A stretch of 64,000 bases of DNA from Lingula anatina (Eukaryota; Animalia; Brachiopoda), in assembly GCA_051362555.1 (NCBI GenBank), contig CM120641.1, forward strand, positions 33,424,401 to 33,488,400. The letters run 5' to 3'. The translations under genes and the position numbers were made by a program. Numbering within the stretch: the stretch's first letter is position 1; each line of letters opens with the position of its first letter. Below the pieces are notes generated by a model. The model had not been told where the DNA came from. It worked only from the letters and a program-made list of their open reading frames with translations, and did no database searches. Shown here piece by piece: positions 26,901-38,136 of the stretch.

Positions 26901-28639
26901 TTCCTTAGTTACATAGTTAGTATTAATCAAAATGTTACATGTATATTAATGTATACTTAGAACTATTATATGTGTATTATGTATAGCTCTGTGGCATTTG
27001 GGACTCAGGTAAATGATATCTAATTTAGAAGTAATCATATTCTGTTGGCTGCATACTGCATATGTATCAGGACACACTGGTATATATTCACGATAACAGC
27101 TTGTGGCAAAATTTGTCTAATGATGTTGGATGGAAGGGTGTGTCGTGTTAAGAAGTATGTTATTATATGAAGCATTGTTCAATCCATTCTACCTTTAAAC
27201 ACTGCGTGACAAACACATTTTATGTCTTTTATGTGTGACACTTTTGAAAGGAGGTTATGTAGTATGATATGAGAAATATGTGGTGATTTTTTTCTATATG
27301 ATTTTTCTGGAGATGTGGAGAATCATCTTTTTTTATCCTAAATTTAAAAACATCATCCTGCTTCAGCCAAAAGTAAAAAAGAGAACAGAATGACACTAGG
27401 CATTATATGTTCTTTTATTCGATGCTATGACAACTGCATGCATGCAGTGATTCCAAGCATAAAATACTGGTAGTTATTTTCCTCTCACTCTATCGTAATG
27501 TGCTCATTTTTCTTTAAAAGTCAAATCTGGGTAATTTACATTTAAAGTTCCCATTGACTGTGTACATTTTACGTAGCTTTGGCATAACTAATGGTTTTAA
27601 ATTTACATTTGAAACTATTGGTAGCTACTGCTGGATGCTATGACAAAATTATTCCTGTTTTAAGGTATCAAAGGCATACATTGACCTTGTTGGCACATCA
27701 CATCCAGTCTTATAAAATGGTATCATGTTAACTCATTGCTATGGTCTCCAAATGGTTGTTTTGTACCATATTATACATGCTTGCCTACAGCTGCAATAAC
27801 ATGTTTTAGTGCCGTCTGCCAAGTTCTGTAATGCCACTAAAAGGACGATTATAGGTTATATTTCAACTGTGGCATTGCTGCCATGTATTGCTTGGTAAAA
27901 GCAGACATTTAACAGTGCTGAAAGAGAAGATCAAATTATTGAAAGGAATGTTTTTATCTTAGGATTCAGAAGGCAAGTTTATAATCAAAATGCTAATTTA
28001 TCTGAACATATACTCAACAGGTTGTGGTAGACAGAAATGTTTGGTGTATATTACAATGTAATCTGACTGGGGTAGCGCTAGCAATTTTTTTCACTTAGCC
28101 AAATCACCACATTTTTGTCAATTTGTTATCAAAATGGTTATAATTTGGCTAAAACATGTCAAATCAAGCCCTTTTTCTTTAGCCAATTTAAGTCAGTTTT
28201 AGCATTTGGCTAAATTGGCGAGTGTTAGCGCTACCCCAGTAGACTGACATCATGGTCCTAGATTACAAAAAACATAATGACTCAAGCCTATGAACCTAAG
28301 GTTTAAAAAAATCTGAAAGTGTGGTAGTGTCCTGTACAGTGGGATTTTTTAAACTTATAAGTACCTCCAGGTTTAAATTCCAGCTGTGCTTTAATCACTG
28401 ACTCATAACATATATAATTACTTAATATTGCATGTGATTTAGGATGCTGAACTTTTTTTTTCAGCACCACGGTCTTCCATATTGTCACATTCCATGCTAC
28501 AGTGCTTTATTTGGTCCAGAAACATTTGGTCACGGCACCTCTGTCGAATCACATAGAAACTTTGGCAAGAAGGAAGGAAGAATGGGTGATCAAGAAACGT
28601 ATGTATAAACTGTATTAATTTTGAAGTGGTAAATTGATT

Positions 28640-28681
<42 letters not shown>

Positions 28682-31600
28682 TTGTGTGTGTACGTATGTG
28701 ATAACTGACTTGTTGTATAGATACTGAATGATAAGAAGGAAACGTAAAGGACTTCCCTGATTTACTTTTTCAAAGAATTTGTTTATAGCTGTTGTTCAGT
28801 GTTTGCAGATGAAAATGTAACAAAACCACAGGCATTTAGCTTGCAAAAAGTTTTTCTCAGTTGTTAGGGGCTGATAACTGCTGATAACAGATTTTTGTCA
28901 GCTGCAGTTGTATTACTTTTATAATATTTATAGACAAAGACTGCTGGCGAAGTTAGCAGAATACAACAGACACCATGAGGGAAAGAAACGGCACCTCAAC
29001 AGCAAAATGGTAGGTGTCTCTGCAGGCACATGGCCAATAAAAGCTTGTTAAAACTGAACAGATGGTGTAGAAAGATTACTCACAAGGTTAAACCAAGGAT
29101 CTACATTGCACTAGACAGGTCCTAGGTTTAGCCTGTTTTTTTAAGTTGAGTATTATGTCCATCTCTAACTGTTTTATGGAGTACATTAGAACATTATCGA
29201 TGAGGCTAAGTAATACTTGGGTTTCAGCTAAATTTTGATATTGTTTCAGGTGAATGACCGTCTTGTTATTGAGGGTCTATTACAAGTGTACTGGGGTGTG
29301 AAAAAACCAATCCAGTTTAAGAAGGGAGAGGCTGTCATGGTGAGGAAGAAGAACCACCTTGCTGATATAATCAATGGATTTGCAGAGGCAGGTCGAAGTA
29401 CTGAGGTGAGCCAGTTAATATTGTGTATGTAGCCAGACTCTTTAAAAAAATCTTTTGATTATTCTGGATGCTCTTGAGCTTTTCTTTTGTTTTTGCGATA
29501 CAGTTTGATTATATTTTCCCAACTAGTTAGAATATTTCAATGAAAATTAGCTGAGAAATCATTTAATCTTATGATTGAATTTTTATTATTGGTATTCCAA
29601 CGTCCAGCATAATGTTACATGCTCTGATATAAGTTATTGTCATATTTACTATCTGTTACTCTGGTTGTCACTGCTGATACACTGTCACAACTTATTCATT
29701 TGTACAAATAAGGAGCTGTATTCTATCATAGCTGTTGACTTTCCTACTGACTTAGCAGACAGTTGATCATCACAATATCTGTTAATTTTTTCTGTCCTAT
29801 TTCTCTGACAAATAGAGTCTTTTCCACGGTCACGTGTCTTCCGCTAAATTATCCGTGGGAACGCGAGATTTTGCGGGATTTGAAGTTTCAGGGGGAAAGT
29901 GTGGAGTGTGAAACTGCAACGCCATATCGAGGAGTGCTCATTTCAATCTGAATTTTCAAAGTTTCGTAACATGTTATCACTTGATTTTTTTCGAAAACAC
30001 ATTCATGGGAGCAGTTGGAATAGAAATTAAGCAGAAGTACCTGATGACTTTTCAATGAAAAAACTAAAAACTTACCTCATCGACAGCAAAGATAGGACAT
30101 TCGGTACTTTTGAAGTATACCCCCCACCCTGTAACTTCCTGAAACATTCATTTTTCAAACATTTTTTACAGTGTCTTTTGCACCTATGTCAAAGCTGTTG
30201 AAATAAAATGTTTTTGTAATTACCTGTGGTCTTTTTATTAGTTTTAATCACGTTTAATCCACCCCATTGAAATACAATGTGAAAATTTACATTGTAACCG
30301 CAGTCAATAACTTGCTGCGTTTTTGTTGGCTAACTCTACCTTATTTTATGTGAACATAGGATTGATACATTGTATACTTGGATTTCCTCTGTGAAATTAT
30401 TATGAGCTACTTGTTCACATAAAATTACCTTAGAGTTAGACAACGAAAATGCGGCAAGTTATTGACTGCGGGTGTAAATTGAAGATTCTAACTTTGTATT
30501 TCAATGGGCTGGATTAAACGTGATTAACTCTAATAAAAAGTCCACAGGTAATTACAAAAGCATTTTATTTCAACAGCTTTGACATAGATAAACAATAAAA
30601 TGTAAAAAACTGTTTGAAAAGTGAAAGTTACAGAAAGTTACAGGGTGGGGGGTATACTACAAAAGTACCGAAGGCCCCTTCTGCTCAGTGCCTTCTACTC
30701 TTTCCCCCTGAGAAACAGTCCCGCACAAAATGGCGTGAACTGCGCATGCTCACAATTTCGTGGAAAAGACTCTATTGGATTAAAAAAGGTTTATAAGAAA
30801 CTTAATTCTTCTCCACTAGGTTGATTCCAGAACACTCCCTGCAGGTGGCATCTCTAGTCAAGAAACCCCTGCTTCCCGACCCATTCAAAGAGAACGCCGA
30901 GGTAGTTTAGATGATATAGACACTGGCGCATTAGCAGCTGCTGAAACAGTGGTAAAACGAGGGAGGAAGAACAAAAGAGAGATCAAAAAGTATAATACCA
31001 TAGCCTATAGGGGTGAAACAGCCACCAAGAAATTAAAGAAAAGATACACAATTAATGGACATTTTTATAACCCAAAGGTATGTGATATGTGAATAAAAAA
31101 AATTAAATGAAGTAAGTATTAGCTGTCGTACTGTTATTGGTAGCTGCTCATTTGTTAATATAAGTAATGAAATTGTCATTGTGTTATATATCTATATGAA
31201 GAAAACTTCACCAAAGCTCAATATAATTTTTAAAAATGCAGTCTTCAGCTAAAACAAAATCTGCCCTTAACCTATAAGATAAATTTTAAAACCAACTTTT
31301 CTCTATGTAAATTTGATAATTTTTTTTATAATTCACTGTGTTTTATGGTACTGTACAGCTATATTTTTGTGTCTTTCAGACCAGTGTGTTTACCCCCACT
31401 CATGGCACAGTGACGGCAGTGAGGGTGTCCAGTCTGCTACCAGTCCACGATGTCATCAAGTTGCTGCTAGAAAAATTCAAGGTTGGTGCTGTATAAGTAA
31501 AAATTTTAATCGGAATATCATAGGCAAAATCATTTCTAAAAAACTGTTGATCTATGAATACTAGAAAATTCAAGGTTGGTGCTGTATAAATAAAAATTAA

Positions 31601-33030
31601 AAATTTGCTGAGAATACATTACGCAATCATACAAAAACAGTTGTTCCACAAATAATTGTTTTGAACTAAATAAGGCAAGTCATCTTGAAACAGTATGACA
31701 AGAAAGGTGATTTTGTTAATTATTTATTTGTAAGTTGGAAGCTAGATTAATAGATCAGAGCAAGAGAGGGTAATAGATTTTTGCCATTTACAGGTGGAAA
31801 ACAGCCCAGAAGAATTTGCTCTCTATATTGTGAAGGACAATGGTGGTAAGTCCTGCCACTATAAACTCACACAAGTGCTGGGATTTTAAAACCGTATTAT
31901 ACAATATTGCCCATTTTATGATCACTCAATTGATTAAACATTGCAGAAAAGTCTGACAACAGAAGTAAGTAGTAGGAAAATATATGTTGACAGTATTGTC
32001 TTTCATTAATGATCATCCTTTTTCATTGTTTTTAAGCCTAGAATTAATTGATTCACTGACAGTTGATATCAGATTCCTCTTTTTTTCTCCAGAGACTAGG
32101 AAACTGGAGGAGTCTGACAGTCCTCTGATCACCAGGGTAGAGCTGGGTCCTGATGAGGATCACATTAAACTATTCATCATGGAAGATTCATCACAGGTTA
32201 TCACACATGAGGTAAACATACATATTACAATATACAAAATGAAAAAAAAAAAAAAAACATCAGAGACCTGAAGTTGAAATTTTATTTTTGAATAAAACTC
32301 TAGGCACCTTTCCTAGGCTTTCTTAGGGATCTTTCTTCAATAACAAATCAAATTTTAACAAATAAGCTCAATCCCAGAAAATAATAATAAGGTAGTAGTC
32401 AGTTGGTGCTCTAGAAAAAACTGCATTCTACTAGATATTAAAACCATGAAATTTATAAGGAGATATGTATATTTATTGTGAGAATAATGAATTGTCATCC
32501 AGGTGGCTCAGTATTTAAACCTCCCAGAAACTGTGCTACTGGGGATTTACAAGAAATTCCAGGAAGAAGAAGAAAAAGAAGTACAGCGCATCAAAAACTG
32601 GTAATTGACGCTCTTGTCACTGTATTCATTTATACAGTGTGTTTACTGTAAAATAACTATATAACTAAGGGTTTAATTGTCAGTGAGTGTTGTATATATT
32701 CTGTAGGCTCTGTGAAACTCACCAAGTACTACAAAACAGTTAAATTTGAATATTTGGTTCTAGTTCTTTGTTCCTTTAGTATTATCCTGCAACAAATTTC
32801 TTTATAAATTAAACCTTATTCTCAGCATATGCCTGTATAATATATCATCAGTTTGTGTGGGGGCAGCAGGTGATTTTGCAAGTTTGCCAAGTGGTGCTTT
32901 TCCCCCATGGAGATCTTGGGATCACTCCTAACTGGACACCCTTTTTTATCTTTTTATTTTAATTTACAGGTACGTTAACTACAGGGAAGCTTTAAAACGT
33001 AGCATGATTGACTACCAGACATATCTTTGA
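20954..33030 (+). CDS. RASSF2: Ras association domain-containing protein (RASSF2/4/6-type, dRASSF-like) with N-terminal CRIP-type LIM domain, RA domain and SARAH domain; 11 exons, 396 aa
   Basis: Exons 20954-20993, 22584-22678, 28465-28598, 28934-29009, 29250-29405, 30820-31077, 31380-31481, 31794-31845, 32093-32211, 32503-32600, 32970-33030. All introns are GT-AG with consistent phases; total 1191 nt. LIM: [68 protein letters not shown]2/4 motifs: [62 protein letters not shown]: [27 protein letters not shown]. Confidence 0.93.
21400..21860 (-). mobile_element. Decayed 3' fragment of an RTE-clade (BovB-like) LINE
   Basis: Minus-strand translation across frameshifts and stops gives [16 protein letters not shown]...[58 protein letters not shown], the typical post-RT C-terminus of RTE ORFs. 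It lies in RASSF intron 1. Confidence 0.85.
28067..28239. mobile_element. Small MITE, hAT-like
   Basis: Perfect terminal inverted repeat CTGGGGTAGCGCTA...TAGCGCTACCCCAG. Flanking 8-mers TAATCTGA and TAGACTGA (6/8 identical) suggest a decayed 8-bp TSD. Internal TTAGCCAAAT/ATTTGGCTAA subterminal repeats are present. Confidence 0.75.
28643..28690. repeat. (CT)n-(GT)n compound microsatellite
   Basis: Directly visible, ~45 nt downstream of the RASSF exon 3 donor. Confidence 0.9.
29811..30776. mobile_element. Non-autonomous foldback DNA transposon (~965 bp) with a long internal palindrome
   Basis: Terminal inverted repeat AATAGAGTCTTTTCCACG / CGTGGAAAAGACTCTATT, which could also be read as an AT TSD plus AGAG termini (ISL2EU/Harbinger-like). 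A second subterminal match is TCAGGGGGAAAG / CTTTCCCCCTGA. Internal arms 30100-30338 and 30431-30672 are reverse complements. Confidence 0.85.
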
Positions 33031-35636
33031 GTGAGAAAGCTGAAATCCTAACTCCATTTATGTACGAAGACCTGCAGTTTCACTGCACTTTGAGAAGACT
33101 TTCGTAACATGATCTCATATCTAGATTCAGGCATTATCCATAATGTGGGCACAAGTAGTTCAGGACTTTAAATCACACCGAGGTTACCCAGTTTGGTGAA
33201 ATATGTAATACATTAACCATTCCAACATTTATGTGATGCACATATTTACTATTATACAATTTTTAATTATGAAACTTTTGATACTTTGCAAAGTTTCATT
33301 TAAATTTACATGATCCTAAAGCAGTTACCACTGTTTGAGAGTCATTGGAACAAATTATTGATTTTTTTAAAGACTCATTCTGCATCATTAGAATAAATCA
33401 AGATATCTTTGAGTGATAATTAATATTCTGAAGGAGATGTTTTACCCAAATGCTGCTGTAACCCTTTTTTTTTTTTTGTAATATGTCTAGTAATAGCTGT
33501 TGTGTTAAAGTTACTGTTCATAGGTGCTCATAGAGTTACCAGTTAGTGATATTATGTCTGTATATGTATGCACTGTTGTTTTACATGCAATGTTGACATG
33601 CCTCACTTATTTATCAAGGGCAAATTTTTTTGCAAATGATCATATATTAAAAAAGAAATGTTTTTGTTTTGTTTGCTAAAAGCATAGGAATTGCATCTGT
33701 GTAAGCTGTCCTCTTTAAATCATGAAAACAAATCACATGCCCAGTATTTCCTATTATATATTCCTAAAGTTAACCTATCAACTGAAACATACACAACCTA
33801 CATTTTCCTATACATGTAGGATTGAGCTATAATAAACTATATATATTTATTTATTTATTTATTGCACTTGAAATCCACACATTTTTTGGCAGCACACTTA
33901 CCAGTGCCCACAATTTTTTTAATAAATATTCATACAATATATACACCATATATTAGACTATTTATGTACACTATTGTACACCACTCAGGAATGGTAAGTT
34001 AACATACATTACTACTGGTAATGAAAAGATAATTTATTATGGTTATACTATATAAAACTTTTAACAGTCAGTACAGTGTGAGTGTATGTATATGCAGTAC
34101 CGTTACACTCCTATAACATGTTGTGTGACTGTGCTCGAGCACAAACAAGGACATACCTAGATGGGCTTAAAATGGGTTCTTCGCCATCTTCACACTTTGG
34201 GTTGGAAAATGTGGATCTGCTGGGTTCTCTTTTAAGCATGATTTACCTAGAATTGTCAATATTTTAATATATTTGTATCTGTTTATTAGTATGGTGTTTT
34301 GTAATTTGTTTTGCCTTACATGTAGTTAAGTTTGCTATAAGTAATTTTGTTTTTCATAAAATTTCCAATTGAATTGGTTGTTCAATGCATTAATGATTGT
34401 GTTATTGTAGTAGTTGTTCCAACATATAGGGGTTCAACAGTATTAATCTGGGTTATAAGCTGAGCTGTTTTAAAATATCAGATATTATCCTGTACATAAG
34501 TTTTTGTATTAATATGTTTTTTTAAGTTTCTCCCGTTTCAAAATTCTTTTCCTAATTATTTCTTATTATCTGTTTAACATGGTCACAGTTATTAAAATTC
34601 CTTACTTAGGCAGAAAGGAAATCCAAACTAGAGGATCAGAGAGGGGATGCCGCCTACAGATATTGTACCACTAGATGGAGTAAGCACATTTGTATGTAAA
34701 ACAAAACTAGACAGCAAAGCTGACAAATATACAGACACCATACAGGAAACAAGGCAGCAAATCTGACAAATGTTTGGACATTTAGACCCAGAAAAGAGTG
34801 CACCAAATTGGCCAATTTTGATGCACTTTTACATAATGCTTTAAAACAGCATAATCACTCTTACCCTCTTACATTAAGTACTACAGGTAACATGGGCATT
34901 GAAAAACTAGCAAGTGATTCAGTTTCAGGAGCTTTAAAGCCACTGGAAATGCTTATGTGTGAATAAATATAAAAAAACTGTATATTTACTGTAAATGTAC
35001 TGTATATTTTTGAAAGTTACCTGCCTCTTTACCAAACAAAGTCACTCGGTAAATTAATAGTAAAACAAAAATATGATTTGGTAGTTATAGGGTGAATGTC
35101 ACCTAAACTGTGCAAAGAAACAATAAATACTGTAAATATGAACGGATCATGCTGATTTTCCAAAGCAATCTGCTTCTTTGCCAAACAAGGCAACTCAGTA
35201 AATTTAAAGTAAAACAAAATACGGTTTGGCAGTTATGGGGGAATGTCACGTGTTGGACAGTGATGGTGACGACATGGACAGGCAGACAAATCAAAATATA
35301 TAAAGACACTTGTAGTGTCTGTAACAATGAACACGCATTATTAAGCAATTTTGTCCAAGGTTTTAATAAAGTCATTTGATAAAGTCAAGTCGATGTTAAA
35401 TCTGTGTTCCTATAAACCAGATGTTGAAAGAAACACAAGCATGATTTGTGCATTATAAAGGTAATTAGCATTTATTTCAAAAAAATAATTTATTTCCAAA
35501 ATATTTCATTTTGACTATTGTTACTGGCTTCATGAAGTTTAGAAGTTTTTTCCACCATTTTACAAAACTTATCTCCATTATGACCACATTATAATTACAC
35601 ACCAGCAGGTGCTTACAGTACATGGTGTAATAGCAA

Positions 35637-35659
35637 CCCCCCCCCCCCCCCCCCCCCCC
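35637..35659. repeat. Poly-C run (23 nt)
   Basis: Directly visible between the convergent RASSF and GGCX genes. Confidence 0.9.
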
Positions 35660-37478
35660 AGCAATAACTCCTTCTATTCAGGTACATATCTCCTCTCCCA
35701 CTTTCCATCTATTCCCTCACTATACATGTATGGTATTTATCAGATCACACAAAGAGACTATTACACACTTCTTGACTAATTTGTCTAATGATATGCTCAT
35801 TAGCCCATTTTTGATTGATCAGTCAATGAAAATTTAAACTTGATTAAGATGACTCCATGCACACAGATTGCACAGTTTGTTTTATCCAAGGACGCATCAG
35901 TTCTAAATTTATTATTATTATTCATTTGCCCATGTAAAACACTAGGGGAGTTCTAGATTTATCTAAGCTACATAATACAAGAAAGTCGTGTTCATCTCCA
36001 TTGAATCTGTTAGTCAGTGCATGCTACAAGGCACAATAAGTATACTACAAACTAACTAGTATAAAGTAATAACATATACATAGCATGAATCACTGAAGAC
36101 TTCCAATTGAAAGCAAAAAAAAAAAAAAAAAAAAACATTAATGTTTGGAACATGGCACAGAAAAATAAATTACAATAAATGGAATTAATCCATGAAATGT
36201 GTCTATTGCAAACTATATTGGCTATTTACTTAAATATACTGATAATAACATTTAAACATTTCATAATATCAAAATATAAATGTCTTTTAAGCATCCACAT
36301 ATGATTCCCAATTTTTGCAGCTGCTTTTTATGTACTGACACAGATGTGTCTGTGTCTGTTTTATGTACTGTTATACAAATAAATGAAAACCATTTTACCT
36401 TTTGTATTCAAACTTACAGAACTGATGATCATTCATGAAATACAGGTCAAGTTTGAAAATCAGCCTGATCAGACCATTTTTCCAAAAAAAATTCTTTTTT
36501 CAGCATATTTTTTACTAGCATTATACAAATAAAATGAAAACCATGCTATATTTTGCTTTGAAACTTGCAGGACTGATTCAAAAGTATATATTTGTTAAGC
36601 TGAAACAAATTCCACTGAAATGGCACTATTTTTCCTAAGAAATACATGATACATACTATCTGTTATTATAAATAAAGGGAAATTTCAAAAACAAAGATTA
36701 AGAACACTGAAAAAGCTGTATGTCACCCTATAATACTTCTCGGTAAATATATATTTCTAAATCTACTATATTAAAACATAGCACCAACATATATTTATTT
36801 ATCAAATAATTAGTTCATCATCACACTTAATCTCTCTTCACAACATTATCAAACGGAAGATGCTATGTCAACTCCATTCTGAATAGAAAATAATTCCTTC
36901 TTTCTTATCATGTAAATGTACTAAATATGACTCTGAAAACTTCAAAACTAGCTGAACATCCTTAAATCTTGACTGGCGAGTTTATACTATAATGCTTTAG
37001 TCAATAGATCTTGGATATTATGAAATGAAACATTTCTAAATGCTTTAGCTTCCCTGTATTTTACAGAGAGCTTGGTCTTTTGGAAATTGCAGGAAATCTT
37101 TTGTTAAAATGAGATAAATACTTCCCAAAAGATTAAAATCAGTATAGCTAAATAACACATCAGACAACTGAAGGTTTCATGAAACCCCTTAACAAATTAG
37201 CTCATGTTAAGAAAAGTCTTCCAACAGCCAACTTGTTGAGGCTGAGTTTCTACATTAAATTTTAGTAAGGCACTAGCTGTCATACCAATCAATCTTTGCA
37301 ACTTGACACTGAAAAATATACATGTAGCACCGTAAGTTGTCACGTTTAGCACATGAACAGATCAACTGTAGTCTGTATGTGTTAGGAGTCCAACTAAACA
37401 ACTAAGACTGTTCTAGTTCTGGCAATCTTATTTGGTATGAATTATATACTTACATCTACTTAAAATCGCTATAACTTA

Positions 37479-37703
37479 GACCCCATTCCCATAGATTTTA
37501 GATCGATCTATCCCTGTGGGGAGTCTCACTAGATTACTGTCAGCTTAGCCGGCTTAAGCGTCTGTCCCGCCTACTAAAAGCTGTAAGGGAGTAATTAACT
37601 AAAGTGCGCGCTCGGCTGACTGCAATTTAGCGTGAACCCCCAGGGAGTTAGGTCAATCTAAATCTAAATCTCTGGATCGATCTGATTCTCTGGGAATGCA
37701 CCC
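37479..37703. mobile_element. PIF/Harbinger-type MITE
   Basis: TTA target-site duplication on both sides. Imperfect TIRs GACCCCATTCCCA / TGGGAATGCACCC. CpG-rich and internally palindromic. Confidence 0.7.
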
Positions 37704-38136
37704 TTAGATTATAGTCTATTATGGCATCTTATCATGTTCTGGTACATTAACTTTTTACTTTGTGTTTCAATTCAATATAATTTGATCCCTTTAGTTTTGC
37801 TGTCCACTGTAACTCGGAAAAGTTGTCAACAATATCAAACATTCAACTTCTTTGGCTGGCATATGATACCTTAGGAGGTTTTGAATAATAAGCATAAATA
37901 TCGACATGATATTAAAACACCACCTTACAAATATACTGTGCACAATCTTAATTCTGAATAATACTAACATTGCCTGTTTTTTTTAATACCCTACTCTTGG
38001 GCCATATATTTGAAAACTACTAGACTAAGTTAAACAATTTTCAAAACTTTTTTTCAAGGGTTGAATCTTTCAAATAGACATATTAAATAATGTTACAATA
38101 AAGTGCAATTATCAAATCTTCTAATTGGCCTACTGA

